From the NCBI RefSeq assembly GCF_000014265.1, contig NC_008312.1, positions 3,480,001-3,512,000 on the forward strand: a DNA stretch of 32,000 nucleotides. The letters are read 5' to 3'. The notes under the pieces are model-generated. The model had not been told where the DNA came from and made no database searches. It was given only the letters and a program-made list of their open reading frames with translations. Source of the DNA: Trichodesmium erythraeum IMS101 (lineage in GTDB: Bacteria > Cyanobacteriota > Cyanobacteriia > Cyanobacteriales > Microcoleaceae). Position 1 is the first letter of the stretch, and every line of letters starts with the position of its first letter. Below, piece by piece: positions 6,880-18,005 of this stretch. The position numbers and the translations under genes are program-made.

Positions 6880-7341
6880 TCACTCAGCTGCCATAGCTCT
6901 AATGATGTCACCACGGGTTAGTATACCAATAACTTTGCCATTTTCATCTACCACTGGCAAACGATGAATACTACGCTCGTTCATAAGTTTAGCTGTTGCC
7001 GAAAGTCGTTCTTGTGATCTAGTAGTCAAAGGATTTTTAGTCATTATCTCCTCAACAGTTTCTCCTAAAGCTTTATGAATTTCTTTTTCATAACGCCCTG
7101 GATTTTCTAAGAAGATAATACTATCTAGCAGCATAATATAAGGTGGAGGGGTAACTCCACTCTCTTGCCACATTAAATCTGTTTCTGATACTATACCAAC
7201 TAACTTTCCGTTGTCATCGACTACAGGAAGACCACTAATGTGTTTTTCTGCCAAGATCTTAATTGCTTCTTTCAAAGGCGTTTTCGGTTTGACGGTGATG
7301 GGATTAGAACTCATAACCTCTGATACAATTTTGTTGGTCAT
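6880..7341 (-). CDS. CBS domain-pair protein (153 aa)
   Basis: There are two CBS-type units: VMSSNPITV...ISGLPVVDDNGKLVGIVSETDL and IMTKNPLTT...IHRLPVVDENGKVIGILTRGDII. Confidence 0.9.
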   Translation of the reverse strand: MTNKIVSEVMSSNPITVKPKTPLKEAIKILAEKHISGLPVVDDNGKLVGIVSETDLMWQESGVTPPPYIMLLDSIIFLENPGRYEKEIHKALGETVEEIMTKNPLTTRSQERLSATAKLMNERSIHRLPVVDENGKVIGILTRGDIIRAMAAE

Positions 7342-7532
7342 ACTTACCTCTGATTTTTTTTTCTGAATAATTGAGCAATGATTATAGTTATATGATCAAA
7401 ATTTTGATTTTGACTTTTGCTTTTTGCTTCTATTAAGGTCAGAAAAGAAAGTGCAATTTACTATAGTATTGCACCTTGATTAAATCAAACCTTTATTTTT
7501 TGTAATTAATATATATTAAGAATTTATGACTA

Positions 7533-7862
7533 ATGTTAACTCATAAAGGCCAAAAGCAGAAAATTAATTCTGGGGATCGCTATGTATTTGTTTGTCAAAA
7601 TCATTCTTGTTTGCGCCAAAACTCTCAAGAAGTTCTCAAGGCCTTTAAAGCTGAGACCGAAAACTTGGTTGGGGTCTATATTGAGTCCAGTAGTTGTCTA
7701 GGCCAATGTAGTATTAGCCCTACAGTAAGAATTATCCCGGATGAAATTTGGTACTACCGAGTCCAACCCGAGCATGTCCCATTAATAGTTACACAACATT
7801 TCGTGGGCAATAAACCTGTAGATGATCTGCTCAACCCCAGAATTCATCCTCGTTTTTACTGA
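7533..7862 (+). CDS. Thioredoxin-like [2Fe-2S] ferredoxin family protein
   Basis: It has paired Cys motifs, C-x4-C (VCQNHSC) and C-x3-C (CLGQC), separated by about 40 aa. This is typical of the (2Fe-2S) ferredoxin / NuoE-like fold. Confidence 0.75.
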   Translation: MLTHKGQKQKINSGDRYVFVCQNHSCLRQNSQEVLKAFKAETENLVGVYIESSSCLGQCSISPTVRIIPDEIWYYRVQPEHVPLIVTQHFVGNKPVDDLLNPRIHPRFY

Positions 7863-7892
7863 TTAGAAAATAATAAAAGCCTATTGCGTATC

Positions 7893-8798
7893 CTAGAACC
7901 TTTTAACTGTTGAGAAAACCCATTCCTGAATTAACTTATTAACAAGATCAGGAGCTTCGTCATGGGGACAATGACCTGCTTTTAAGAAGTATTCTGTTAA
8001 CTGAGGATAATATTTACGAAATTGGACACTCCGGCTTCTTGTATTGATCCAAGGGTCAGCTTCTCCCGAAAGCATAAGTAGAGGAGACTCTAAGTCACCC
8101 AACAACTCATCTACTTTCTTACCAGATGGTGCCTTAAAAATAGAAGCAAAGACTTGAGCTGCACCGGGGTCACAAGAAGGTCGATATATATCTTCTATTA
8201 ATTGGTCTGTAATAGCACTTTGATCCAAATAAACTTTTTGTAATATTTTTCTAATAGTGCTACGTCGTCGGGTCCATTGAAATAATAAAAAACTAGGTAG
8301 GGTTTGCAGAAATAACCACTTTGTGATCCGAGAAATAAATTGTCTAAATATTGGGGGCTTAGGAGTAGGTTGAGATTCGCTAAATGGTCCAGCACTGTTA
8401 AGAAGTATCAAACCTGCTGTAGAAGTTGGATATTCAGCTGCTACGCACAATGCTACATAACCTCCAAGAGAATTTCCTACTAAGACTACTGATCTACCTA
8501 TAACTTGGGTAATAAAGTCATTGATCTGTTGTTGCCATAGCTTACCACTATATTGCCAGTTTGGTTTACCTGAACGTCCAAATCCTAATAAGTCAATAGC
8601 CCAAACTTGAAAAAACTCGCTGAGAGCTGCAATATTTTTGCGCCAATGGTCTGTAGAGCCTCCAAAGCCATGTATTAATAGTAAGGGTGGATGGGTAGGG
8701 TTAGACTTACCTGCACATAAGTAGTAGATTTGCTGATTCTTCCATAGCCAATAACTTCCAGGAACTGAAATTGTAGTAGTTATAGATTTAGTCAACAT
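7893..8798 (-). CDS. Alpha/beta-fold hydrolase
   Basis: It has an HG oxyanion motif (LLLIHGFGGS), a nucleophile elbow (GNSLGG) and a C-terminal His (AGHCPHDE). Confidence 0.9.
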   Translation of the reverse strand: MLTKSITTTISVPGSYWLWKNQQIYYLCAGKSNPTHPPLLLIHGFGGSTDHWRKNIAALSEFFQVWAIDLLGFGRSGKPNWQYSGKLWQQQINDFITQVIGRSVVLVGNSLGGYVALCVAAEYPTSTAGLILLNSAGPFSESQPTPKPPIFRQFISRITKWLFLQTLPSFLLFQWTRRRSTIRKILQKVYLDQSAITDQLIEDIYRPSCDPGAAQVFASIFKAPSGKKVDELLGDLESPLLMLSGEADPWINTRSRSVQFRKYYPQLTEYFLKAGHCPHDEAPDLVNKLIQEWVFSTVKRF

Positions 8799-9227
8799 AC
8801 ATTAAATATTTATTAAATGTTTATTAAATTACATTAAATACTATATCAAAAATATAATGGAATAAGATTATATTGCTACAGAATAAATATTGTCAATGAT
8901 CCCAAATCAGAGTCATACTAAATCCCATTTATAGAATACAGTACCCTTTTGTGTAGATAATGAGATGGGACTGTAGTAGAGATCAAGAGGTAAAAAAATA
9001 GTTAAAGAGGATCAGAAAAAAAAATGTCTTTTGATAACTGGATCTAGTACCAGAATCAATCTTTATCTTTTAGATACTTTATTTTTCTGAGGAGTTTTGA
9101 TATTATAGTAAATATGAGAGCAGTAATGCTCACATAAAAGCTTTTTAAACTGTAGAGGAGATTCAGAACTCTTGACAAAAGTAGTTGCTGACTATGCCCC
9201 ATACAAAAGCTAGGGAGTTTGTTTTAA

Positions 9228-9707
9228 GTGATTGCTACATCATCACGTCCACGTCAAATATGTCAAAATTGGGTGACAATTAGTTTCGCTTCTACCCTCT
9301 ATTTGTGTCCTATCCTTAATCTGTTACTAGCTGATGTTCCTAAACAATGGCACCCAGAACTCCGATTAGGACTACAAGAGGCGTTAGTTAATGCTACAAA
9401 GCATGGCAATAATTTAGACCCTACTAAAACTGTTTTAGTACGTTTTTCAATTGTTAAAGACGACTATTGGTGGGTGATATCAGATCAAGGTTCTGGTTTT
9501 CAACCACCCATTAGAGCTAACCAATATCGGCAACTAATTGGTGATACTCCTGAACAATACACACATGATGAGGATGAAAAAGAATGTGGTCGAGGAATAT
9601 ACATTATCTACCAGGTCTTTGATTATATTGAATGGAACTCCAAGGGCACAGAGTTAATGCTATGTAAAAAAGTAAAGAATAACTCTAGATTGCCCCTGGT
9701 AGGATGA
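9228..9707 (+). CDS. Anti-sigma regulatory factor / Ser-Thr protein kinase of the RsbW/SpoIIAB type (HATPase_c-like)
   Basis: It has an N-box-like EALVNATKHGN and a G-box-like ISDQGSGF ... GRGIYII. The start is a GTG at 9228. Confidence 0.7.
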   Translation: MIATSSRPRQICQNWVTISFASTLYLCPILNLLLADVPKQWHPELRLGLQEALVNATKHGNNLDPTKTVLVRFSIVKDDYWWVISDQGSGFQPPIRANQYRQLIGDTPEQYTHDEDEKECGRGIYIIYQVFDYIEWNSKGTELMLCKKVKNNSRLPLVG

Positions 9708-9737
9708 ATAATTAATTTAAGTTAAAGTTAAAGTAAT

Positions 9738-10052
9738 TTATTTTTTATGAGAACCATGACTTGGACACGGAGGTGCTGATATAGATTGATTTAACCATTT
9801 AGTTGCTTGCTGTAGCCGTGTGATCGCTTCAGTAGTTTTACCCTTAATCATAAAAACTAAGGCAGCTATAGTTAGCTCTAATGCACGAACCTGGCGATTA
9901 GATTTGAGTTTATGCCAGTCTCTTTCTGGTATTGCAAGTCTTGCAGCTAATGCTTGGGCTAGTTCTAGTGTACTATATTCTTCTAAATCTCTATGGTGAA
10001 AAGTATGTACTTTATTAGAAGTGTTTGTAGAAATAGAGTTAGGTTTAAGCAT
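9738..10052 (-). CDS. Hypothetical protein (104 aa)
   Basis: ORF track with an ATG start. Its composition is plausible for a helical protein. I recognise no family. Confidence 0.5.
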   Translation of the reverse strand: MLKPNSISTNTSNKVHTFHHRDLEEYSTLELAQALAARLAIPERDWHKLKSNRQVRALELTIAALVFMIKGKTTEAITRLQQATKWLNQSISAPPCPSHGSHKK

Positions 10053-10103
10053 ATCTATCTAGATAATGTTTTTCAGTAAACTTACTATATTAAGTATGAC
10101 AGT

Positions 10104-10517
10104 ATGAACTCTTCTCCAGAAGATTCTCCGAAAAAATTAAATGATGAATTTTCAAATTATGTCCCAGTTAATCAAGACTCAGAAGTTACGGAGACGAAGT
10201 TAGCACAAGCATTGGCAGAGGTAGAACATAACCTGAGTTCGCTGAAAGAACGTTATTCCCAAGTCCAGTACTACCAAAAACGCAAAGTAGAACTGCAGCA
10301 TCGTTTAGAAGAAGTACGGCCGGAAGTAGGTCGCCAAAAAACTCATAAATTAGAAGAAGAGTTACAACTGATACGGACAGAATTAGAAACAATAGAATTA
10401 AATCTAGAAAGTAGTTTATTTCGTTTTGATACCATAAAAAAACCATTTTGGCAAGCTGTAAGATTTGGAGGTTTAGGAATTGTTATTGGTTGGCTTTTAA
10501 AATCTTGTACTGGATAA
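10104..10517 (+). CDS. Hypothetical coiled-coil protein with a C-terminal hydrophobic anchor (137 aa)
   Basis: ORF track. It has a long charged heptad-like stretch (LKERYSQVQYYQKRKVELQHRLEE...LEEELQLIRTELETIELNLE) followed by FGGLGIVIGWLL. Confidence 0.55.
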   Translation: MNSSPEDSPKKLNDEFSNYVPVNQDSEVTETKLAQALAEVEHNLSSLKERYSQVQYYQKRKVELQHRLEEVRPEVGRQKTHKLEEELQLIRTELETIELNLESSLFRFDTIKKPFWQAVRFGGLGIVIGWLLKSCTG

Positions 10518-13144
10518 TATCAAGTCTTTATATTTTTTTTTGTAGATAGTTAAGAATAAAAAATCATACTGGGAATTAGATAAGGTAAACAGATCTTATA
10601 TTTTTTTCTTTAGAACTGCCCGTGTTGAGTCGTACTTGCGCCATTGTTACTATAAGTGGCCGAGTTCCTGATCAGCCAATTCCTATCTAGGTATTGTCAA
10701 TTAACCTCTGTCACTAAAAGCGAGGTCTCAAACCTCTTATTTCAGGGTTCGGAGAAAAAAATCAACTTTAATATTTCAATCTGGATGTTGAGCACTGCTA
10801 GGTACTGACAACTAATAGATAAATGCTAATAACTAAGATGTCATGTTTAGTAAAAGCGTTTACAAGAAGAGCTGATAAAAATCGGGATATACTTCTAATA
10901 TAGACAAATCTTTACTATGTATTTTTAACAAACGTTAGCACTTTAAATCAGAGCATAAATTTAGATGGAAAAAAAATTAAACTAGAAAAACTATGATACA
11001 AACCAATTTTTCTGAAGCGCAGGAGCATTGTGAAGCGCGAAGAAAATCTTGATCGAAGTTTTTGGGACTTAGAATGCAGTTTAGACTGGGGCTATGCTTG
11101 AAAACTTAATAGATGCTAAAGTAGTATATTTGACTACTGCTCATAAAAATTGGAAAGAATATATGCTCTACTGGAATCAGATAATTAAAGATTTTATCGT
11201 ATAGATTTTGGCTATAGTAATGGTAACAATGCTTTATGGTTATCGTAACAAAAAGGCTCTAAAGTAATACGAGTTAATACTAGTAGTGGGTCTAGTTTGA
11301 AAAGTGTGGGTGAAAAAACCTAGCTCCTCCTTAAAAAGGGGTTGACTGTTTTATTAAGTGTGAAAAACACAAGAGGTTAAGGGGTGTAGATTTAATTTGT
11401 TCGCTCCTTACCGAAAATTTTAGTCATATAGTTCTAGTAGCTGGAGAAACAATACCATTTATCAAAAACTCTTCAAAGGGGGATTTTGATTAGAATTAGG
11501 GACATTGTCTGCAATGTTTAGTAAAACACCACCTAAGATTAACATTAATTTAGCTGCAAAAAAGTTATTTCCTTTGTGTTAATCATTTTGAATTATTATT
11601 CAATAACAGAAGTTTGACAAAAAGTTAGCATTAATACATAAGAATTGGTATGATTTAGTTAAAAAAAAAATTACAGCTCGGAAGCCTTCTGAATGTGCCA
11701 GTTTTTCAAAGTCAAGAGCAAAGCTTGACGATCTGCTTGGCAGATATGGAAGGGGATATTTATGCTAGTTTAGCGATCGCTCCACTAGAGCTCAAAACTA
11801 TGATCTAGCGAAATGAAGATAACTGATAAGCAAAAAGCCAATAACTAATTAGGACTTACTCAGGCACTACCTTATATAGTAGGAAGAAGAACAACCTTAA
11901 CACACCTAATTTTGGTGTATAGTTACACTTTGAATACATAATATTATGTCCGCCTGAATACTTATACTTTTACTTTGGTGGATAATTTTTCTGCTTTATT
12001 TTTATAGGAAATTTTTATGCTGTGGCGATCGCTCTATGGCCAAACTCTAGGACAGTGAATGCACAAGCTGATATTAAGACAGATAGAGTTCCTAATGCTT
12101 GTTGGTTATAGAGAAAACTTAAGAGTTTGCTTTCTCAGTATCAGTATTATTGCCTTTTCATCTCAGGGATAGCTGACACCTAAGCTACTGGACTGACACA
12201 GCTAAAATGGTGCAATAAATTGGGGTTGGGTTGAAAGACATTAGCAAAGCTTATCCTTAGAATAAACTAAACCAGAATAAAGCACATATTGGATTTCACT
12301 TAGTTCTATAAGAGCTTACATTCTTAAGGGAGTCAGTCCATTAGTCTAGATTTAATATTACTTTGACAAACAATGTCTAATCCCTATTTATTAATTGAGT
12401 GAGACATATAGTTAGGTTTGCATCTTACCATTCTAGTGTGTCACTTTTGCTTTTGCGACATGAAATACTTTTTTAGCGACTTGAAGTATGTATGTTAAAT
12501 AATTGGAGAATTTCAGCATAAATGCAAGATTCAGATGACCCAGACTGGGACAATTAAATATTTAACCTCTCCAAAAATGCTAATTTGGTAACGACGGGAT
12601 CAGATTTTGGGAATCTTTTGGTGGAGATATCTATTAGGTAAATGCTTACCACCTTTATCTTGCTTTATCTTGTTGAGCTTTAATGGTTCTTTTCCCTTCA
12701 GTTCATACCATGCTTATGCTTAAGTTAGCTTTTGTGTTGTTTTTTGAGTAAAATTGGCAAGCCATATCAAAGATTTGTTCTTAATAGTTAATAAAAATAT
12801 TATTTATTTCGTTGTGATGTGCCTAAATATAGCAAATGAGCAAGCAAACGACACACAAGGGAAATTACGATAATTATAAAAGTTCAGACATCTTGCACGG
12901 TAGATGTGTACCTCACAGACAATGGGAAACGCTTTAAATATCTTTATTTAGGATAGCATCTAAACTTATGGAATTTTTCCTATGAGAGATACTGATCATA
13001 GCATAATATTCTATAATAGAAAGCCAAACTACACCAGATGGTTAAGGCCGGGATTTATCTCGTACTGACGCTATCCCTTGCAGGCGTAGGGCTTTTGCCG
13101 GATAAAGCTAAACTTTATAATACTATAAAAGCAGGATTAAATAT

Positions 13145-14536
13145 ATGACAAAGCAACGAATTGCAAAAATATTAGGAAGCGGTCAACCTGATGCCAAAGT
13201 AACAATTCAAGGGTGGGTACGCACTAAGCGAGAATTGAAAGAGTTTGCTTTTGTAGAAGTTAATGACGGTTCATGTTTAGCTAATTTGCAAGTAGTATTA
13301 AATCCTGATCTACCAAATTATCAGGAAAGTTTGCAGCAAATGAATACAGGTGCCTCAGTAGAAATGACTGGTATTTTGGTAGAGTCCCCAGCAAAGGGGC
13401 AAAGAATTGAATTAAAGGCAGAAAGTATTACTGCTTATGGTGATGCCGACCCTGAAACATATCCTTTGCAGAAAAAACGTCATTCTTTTGAGTTTCTCCG
13501 CACTATTGCACATTTGCGAGGACGTACTAATACTTATGGAGCAGTTTTTCGGGTAAGAAATACTTGTGCTAATGCCATTCATCAATTTTTTCAAGAACGA
13601 GGTTTTTTGTGGGTTCACACTCCTATTATTACTGCTAGTGACTGTGAAGGTGCGGGAGAAATGTTTACTGTTACTAATTTAGATTTAAAGAAAATTCCTC
13701 TCACAGAAAAACAAGATATTGATTTTAGTCAAGACTTTTTTGGAAAGTCGGCTTTTCTGACAGTTAGTGGTCAGTTAGAAGCAGAAATTATGGCAACTGC
13801 TTTGAGTAATGTTTATACGTTTGGTCCGACTTTTAGAGCAGAAAATTCTAATACTTCTCGGCATTTAGCTGAGTTTTGGATGATTGAACCTGAGATGGCT
13901 TTTTGCGACTTGGAAGGAGATATGGATTTAGCTGAGGAATTCTTAAAATATATTTTTAAATCTGTTTTAGAAGGTTGTCCGGAGGATATGGAATTTTTCA
14001 ATAAACGGATTGATAAAACAGTTTTTGAAACCGCGGATACAATTATTAATAATAGTTTTGAACGGATTACTTATACTGAGGCAGTTTCTTTATTAGAAAA
14101 GGCGGATAAAAAGTTTGATTACCCGGTAGACTGGGGTTTGGATTTACAGTCAGAACATGAACGTTATTTGTGTGAGGAGTTGTTTAAAAAACCTGTTATT
14201 GTGACTGATTATCCTGCAAAAATTAAGGCTTTTTATATGCGGTTAAATGATGACGCTAAAACAGTTAGAGCAATGGATGTTTTAGTGCCGAAAGTAGGAG
14301 AAATTATTGGTGGTTCTCAGAGGGAAGAACGTTTAGATGTTTTGGAGAGGCGCATAGATGAACAGGAGATGAATAAGGAAGAATTATGGTGGTATTTAGA
14401 TTTGCGGAGGTATGGTACTGTCCCTCATGCGGGGTTTGGTTTGGGATTTGAAAGAGTGGTACAGTTTATGACAGGAATGGGGAATATTCGAGATGTGATT
14501 CCTTTTCCGAGGGCACCTCTAACTGTGGATTTTTAA
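13145..14536 (+). CDS. asnS: Asparagine--tRNA ligase (class IIb aaRS)
   Basis: It has an OB-fold N-terminus ([11 protein letters not shown]), motif 2 ([28 protein letters not shown]), GGSQREER, and motif 3 ([12 protein letters not shown]). The 463-aa length fits AsnRS rather than bacterial AspRS. Confidence 0.95.
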   Translation: MTKQRIAKILGSGQPDAKVTIQGWVRTKRELKEFAFVEVNDGSCLANLQVVLNPDLPNYQESLQQMNTGASVEMTGILVESPAKGQRIELKAESITAYGDADPETYPLQKKRHSFEFLRTIAHLRGRTNTYGAVFRVRNTCANAIHQFFQERGFLWVHTPIITASDCEGAGEMFTVTNLDLKKIPLTEKQDIDFSQDFFGKSAFLTVSGQLEAEIMATALSNVYTFGPTFRAENSNTSRHLAEFWMIEPEMAFCDLEGDMDLAEEFLKYIFKSVLEGCPEDMEFFNKRIDKTVFETADTIINNSFERITYTEAVSLLEKADKKFDYPVDWGLDLQSEHERYLCEELFKKPVIVTDYPAKIKAFYMRLNDDAKTVRAMDVLVPKVGEIIGGSQREERLDVLERRIDEQEMNKEELWWYLDLRRYGTVPHAGFGLGFERVVQFMTGMGNIRDVIPFPRAPLTVDF

Positions 14537-14626
14537 AATTATAAATTGTTGGAAAAGTAGGGGACGATATAGTTTAATTAATGGGCAAAAGTTAAAATTT
14601 AAAAGTTAAAATGTAAAAGTCTAGTA

Positions 14627-14689
14627 GGGTGCTTTATACAGACCTAATTCAGGGTATAAAAACTATTTAAAAATATATCGTAACGCACC
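14627..14689. repeat. Small palindromic element GTAGGGTGC...ACGCACCATTT, copy 1, downstream of asnS
   Basis: GGTGC (14628-14632) is complementary to GCACC (14685-14689). The element shares both conserved ends with the copy at 18749-18796. Confidence 0.4.
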
Positions 14690-16048
14690 ATTTATATTTC
14701 TTAAGTCTACTACTTTTCGCAAAATTTATAGTGTTCCCACAGTTTAATGGTAAGTAGATAATATACATAATATATAATCCTATTTTGCTAATAGTCAAAA
14801 TGATAATTTGCCTGAAGCTATTAATGCATTATCTATGGGAGGTTTGGTTGGCAAGTAATGTTAGGATATAATATCTTTAATTAGATCAATAAAAAAACGA
14901 TATTTGATATAAAATTATGGTTTATAAATAGAATAAATTTAAATAATTGAGTCAATTAATGTTAAAAGTTTGTGTTAATTACCCAGATTTTATCAACAGT
15001 AAAGTTTACATTAGGCAAAGCTTAAATTATGTTAGTTTAACTGCACTGAAAACTATGGGCAATTTCATAATTATTTGCAGCAGTTTACTGGTAAATTTCC
15101 AGACATTTTTGAGGAATATTCACCAAGCAAACTTCAAGATCGTTATTCTGGTGTTGGTAAATTAACATCAAAAAATCTAAATATGGCTAAACATAAATTT
15201 TTTTTCAGTTAATAGTTAGGCGATCGCTATTAAAGGATAATCACGTGCCAAAATCACTAACACCCTGATTTTGAGCATAGAGCATATAAGAGAATTTTTA
15301 CTTATTGGTCATATTTAATTGTTATATTAGACATTTCTATGAGGAGAAATATACAGGGCATTCGGTGGTTTATGAGGTACAGTAGTAACAGTGTTGAAAA
15401 TATTGTTTGAAGTGGTTAGTCTTTAAACAAAAGTACAGTAGAAAATATTATACCAACCATTTTTGCAGTGGTAGTCTGAAACTGATACAAAAAAAATGTT
15501 CTTATGTAAATTTCAGTCTATTAATACTATACTTAGGGCTTTATGAAAAACTATGCATGGGTTCGCCTATAACTCAGAACTCAGGAGTATTTTATCCCCC
15601 CTTCCTCCTCCTGAAAATCCTCTGTTGAAGATAAAAGATAGAAATAGAAAAGTTTTTGATAAATGGTTGAAACTCTAGAGCAGATTTCATCAATGGTGAT
15701 GTAAGGTTTTAACAGGCAATATTATTTTACTACAAAGGTTTGATCATTAATATTTATACAACATAAATTTGGAATTCCCTATAAACTTAGCTTGTTAATA
15801 AGTCGATCAAGTCCTCAGTGATAGGACAACCTGTTTACTTTTTAAAATGAAAAAATATTGGATTAAGAAAGAGGGAAATAAACAAATATCTAAATATTCA
15901 GCTATTATTTATTTTCCCATAATAGCTTATGTGATATTGATTCTAGTTCAACTTTATACTTAATACTTATTATAGTTATGAAAAGTAACTAAGATACCTT
16001 TTAAAATTTTCTATCAACCCATATTAATTTAGTAGATATTAATCATAG

Positions 16049-16810
16049 ATGACTAAACTACCCAATGATATAAATGAGGCAATTGTCCAAGGAATGGAAG
16101 CGACTAAAGCAGCCCTCCAAGATGGTTATACTAGAGTCCAAATTGAGATAGTTGTTCCAGATATAGAACTTCAAGCTCAATCTCTGGCAAAACAATTTAT
16201 CCCTGCTTTGCTCGAAACAAGTACTAAGCTCAAAGTCTTTTTTCCTGACTCGGGAGCAGCAGCTTTAGCTAGACGAGATTGGCAAGATGCCACGTTTAAA
16301 ATAGAAGATCTTGGTACAAGTAGATCTCCTGTTGACAAAAAAGTTGAACCTGAAGACCAATGTTTCTTATTAATTGCTCCTTCTGCTATAGAAGTGGCCC
16401 AGACTGAAAAATTGTCTAATCTTGCTGGCGATCGTCCAGTTATTATGTTAATCCCGAAATTGGAGGATGTTTCTATTGTGGGAATTGGTTATGCAGCACG
16501 CCAACTTCGAGAAAGGTTTATCAAAACTATTGAATCTTGCTATTATATTAGGTCTCTTGGTGGGGCAGCACTATATCGTTGTTATCCTTCTCCCTGGCAA
16601 GTTTGGCTTGAAGAAAACGGCCAGTATAAGTTAATTGCTGAACAACCAGAAAAACCAGTAGGAGATGAAGTAGATATGATTTTAGCTAAAGCTACTGGTA
16701 CAGCTAAAACAGATAACTCTATTTCATCTTCTCAGACTATGAATAGTTCTCCAAAAAAGAAAAGTTTATTAACCGAAATTCAAAAATTTTTCCGTGCTTT
16801 GAGTAACTAA
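16049..16810 (+). CDS. Conserved cyanobacterial/plastid-type protein, DUF1995-like
   Basis: ORF track. The N-terminal pattern (LP..I.EAI.Q..EATKAAL.DGYTR.Q.E...P) matches my memory of DUF1995. The family assignment is from memory only. Confidence 0.7.
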   Translation: MTKLPNDINEAIVQGMEATKAALQDGYTRVQIEIVVPDIELQAQSLAKQFIPALLETSTKLKVFFPDSGAAALARRDWQDATFKIEDLGTSRSPVDKKVEPEDQCFLLIAPSAIEVAQTEKLSNLAGDRPVIMLIPKLEDVSIVGIGYAARQLRERFIKTIESCYYIRSLGGAALYRCYPSPWQVWLEENGQYKLIAEQPEKPVGDEVDMILAKATGTAKTDNSISSSQTMNSSPKKKSLLTEIQKFFRALSN

Positions 16811-16825
16811 TTTTCTATAAAGACC

Positions 16826-16865
16826 GAAGGTATTGATGATATTTATGTAGTCTGAAAATACCTTC
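16826..16865 (+). terminator. Hairpin downstream of the DUF1995-like gene (9-bp stem GAAGGTATT / AATACCTTC)
   Basis: 16826-16834 pairs with 16857-16865, leaving a 22-nt loop. It starts 16 nt after the stop codon. No U-tract follows, so support is weak. Confidence 0.3.
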
Positions 16866-17027
16866 CAAAATCATGTGATATACTATCAATAATTAAGTAT
16901 AGTATTAAAATATCTTTACTATACTTGAATGAAAACTTAAACTTAGTATGATGTAAAATTTTTTCTTTTGCCTACTTTAATAAGCAAGGAGATCAGGGTA
17001 TGATAGTCAAACCTATTAGAAGCAAAA

Positions 17028-17783
17028 ATGAACCAGAGACGTATTATTATTGGCGATATACATGGGAATTATGATGGCCTAATCGCTTTATTAGATATGG
17101 TAGCTCCTGGCATAGATGATATGGTATATTTTCTAGGAGATTTAATTGATAGAGGTCCGAAAAGTTCTCAAGTAGTAGAATTCGTCAGAAATAGTCCTTA
17201 TCAGTGTGTCATGGGAAACCACGAACACATGATGATTCAAGCTCTTTCAGATACAGAACTCAAGCATGAGGCATGGCCACATTGGTATAATAGTGGTGGT
17301 CTTGAAACTGTGGAGAGTTATCGAAAAACAGGAGCAATGCCTTATGATGATTTAGAGTGGATGCGATCGCTACCTCTATATCTAGACTTAGGAAATATTT
17401 GGTTAGTTCATGGAGGAATTAATCCTAAACTACCTATTGAAAGGCAAACTTCCCATGAATGTTGTTGGATTCGCCATGAGTTTCATTCTGTGAAAAAACC
17501 TTACTTTTCTGATAAATTAATTATTATAGGTCATACTATAACTTTTACTTTTGATGATGTTGAACCCGGAGAATTAGTTTGTGGACAAGGTTGGTTAGGT
17601 ATTGATACTGGTGCATATCATTCTCACAGTGGGTGGCTCACAGGGTTAGATGCTGATAATAATATTATTTATCAGGTTAATATTAAGGATAATCAAACTA
17701 GGAAAGTACCCTTAAATGAACTTGTGAAATCTTATAAATCTAGGAAAAAATTTTTTCAAAATTTATCAAAATTTTCTCAATAA
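17028..17783 (+). CDS. Metallophosphoesterase / PPP-family Ser-Thr phosphatase (PrpA/ApaH-like)
   Basis: The canonical motifs GDIHG, GDLIDRG and GNHE are present in the correct order and spacing. Confidence 0.9.
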   Translation: MNQRRIIIGDIHGNYDGLIALLDMVAPGIDDMVYFLGDLIDRGPKSSQVVEFVRNSPYQCVMGNHEHMMIQALSDTELKHEAWPHWYNSGGLETVESYRKTGAMPYDDLEWMRSLPLYLDLGNIWLVHGGINPKLPIERQTSHECCWIRHEFHSVKKPYFSDKLIIIGHTITFTFDDVEPGELVCGQGWLGIDTGAYHSHSGWLTGLDADNNIIYQVNIKDNQTRKVPLNELVKSYKSRKKFFQNLSKFSQ

Positions 17784-18005
17784 TCAAACAAAACTAAGAA
17801 AAGTTTAAAGTGAAAAAATATTGGTTATAATAGCCTGAAGCCATCAAATAAAGTCAAAATATTGAAGATAAAAGATTTAAATTTTATTGAGTTGCCAACA
17901 TTTTTTTGTAGTCATATAAATAAAAGCTTTTTCCATAATTTTGAATCTTATTTATTCTGGCTTCACTTCTACTTTATCTACTCATATAGTTGAAATTAAT
18001 GTTGA

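Noticed and set aside
9228-9707. The RsbW-like anti-sigma kinase as part of a partner-switching module
   Set aside because: No STAS/RsbV-like antagonist, PP2C phosphatase or sigma factor gene is adjacent in this window. Orphan copies are common in cyanobacteria, so nothing here is unusual enough to report.
13040-13110. GC-richer patch just upstream of asnS as a possible T-box or leader structure
   Set aside because: Only 4-7-bp imperfect stems could be drawn. There is no T-box consensus (AGGGTGGNACCGCG-like) and no terminator/antiterminator pair.
14947-15628. Intergenic ORFs 14947..15165 and 15407..15628 (72-73 aa)
   Set aside because: They sit in very AT-rich spacer and their composition is hydrophobic, low-complexity and codon-poor. 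Both have non-ATG starts (both begin at TTG) and no RBS-like context. They are most likely chance ORFs, although small-protein genes cannot be strictly excluded.
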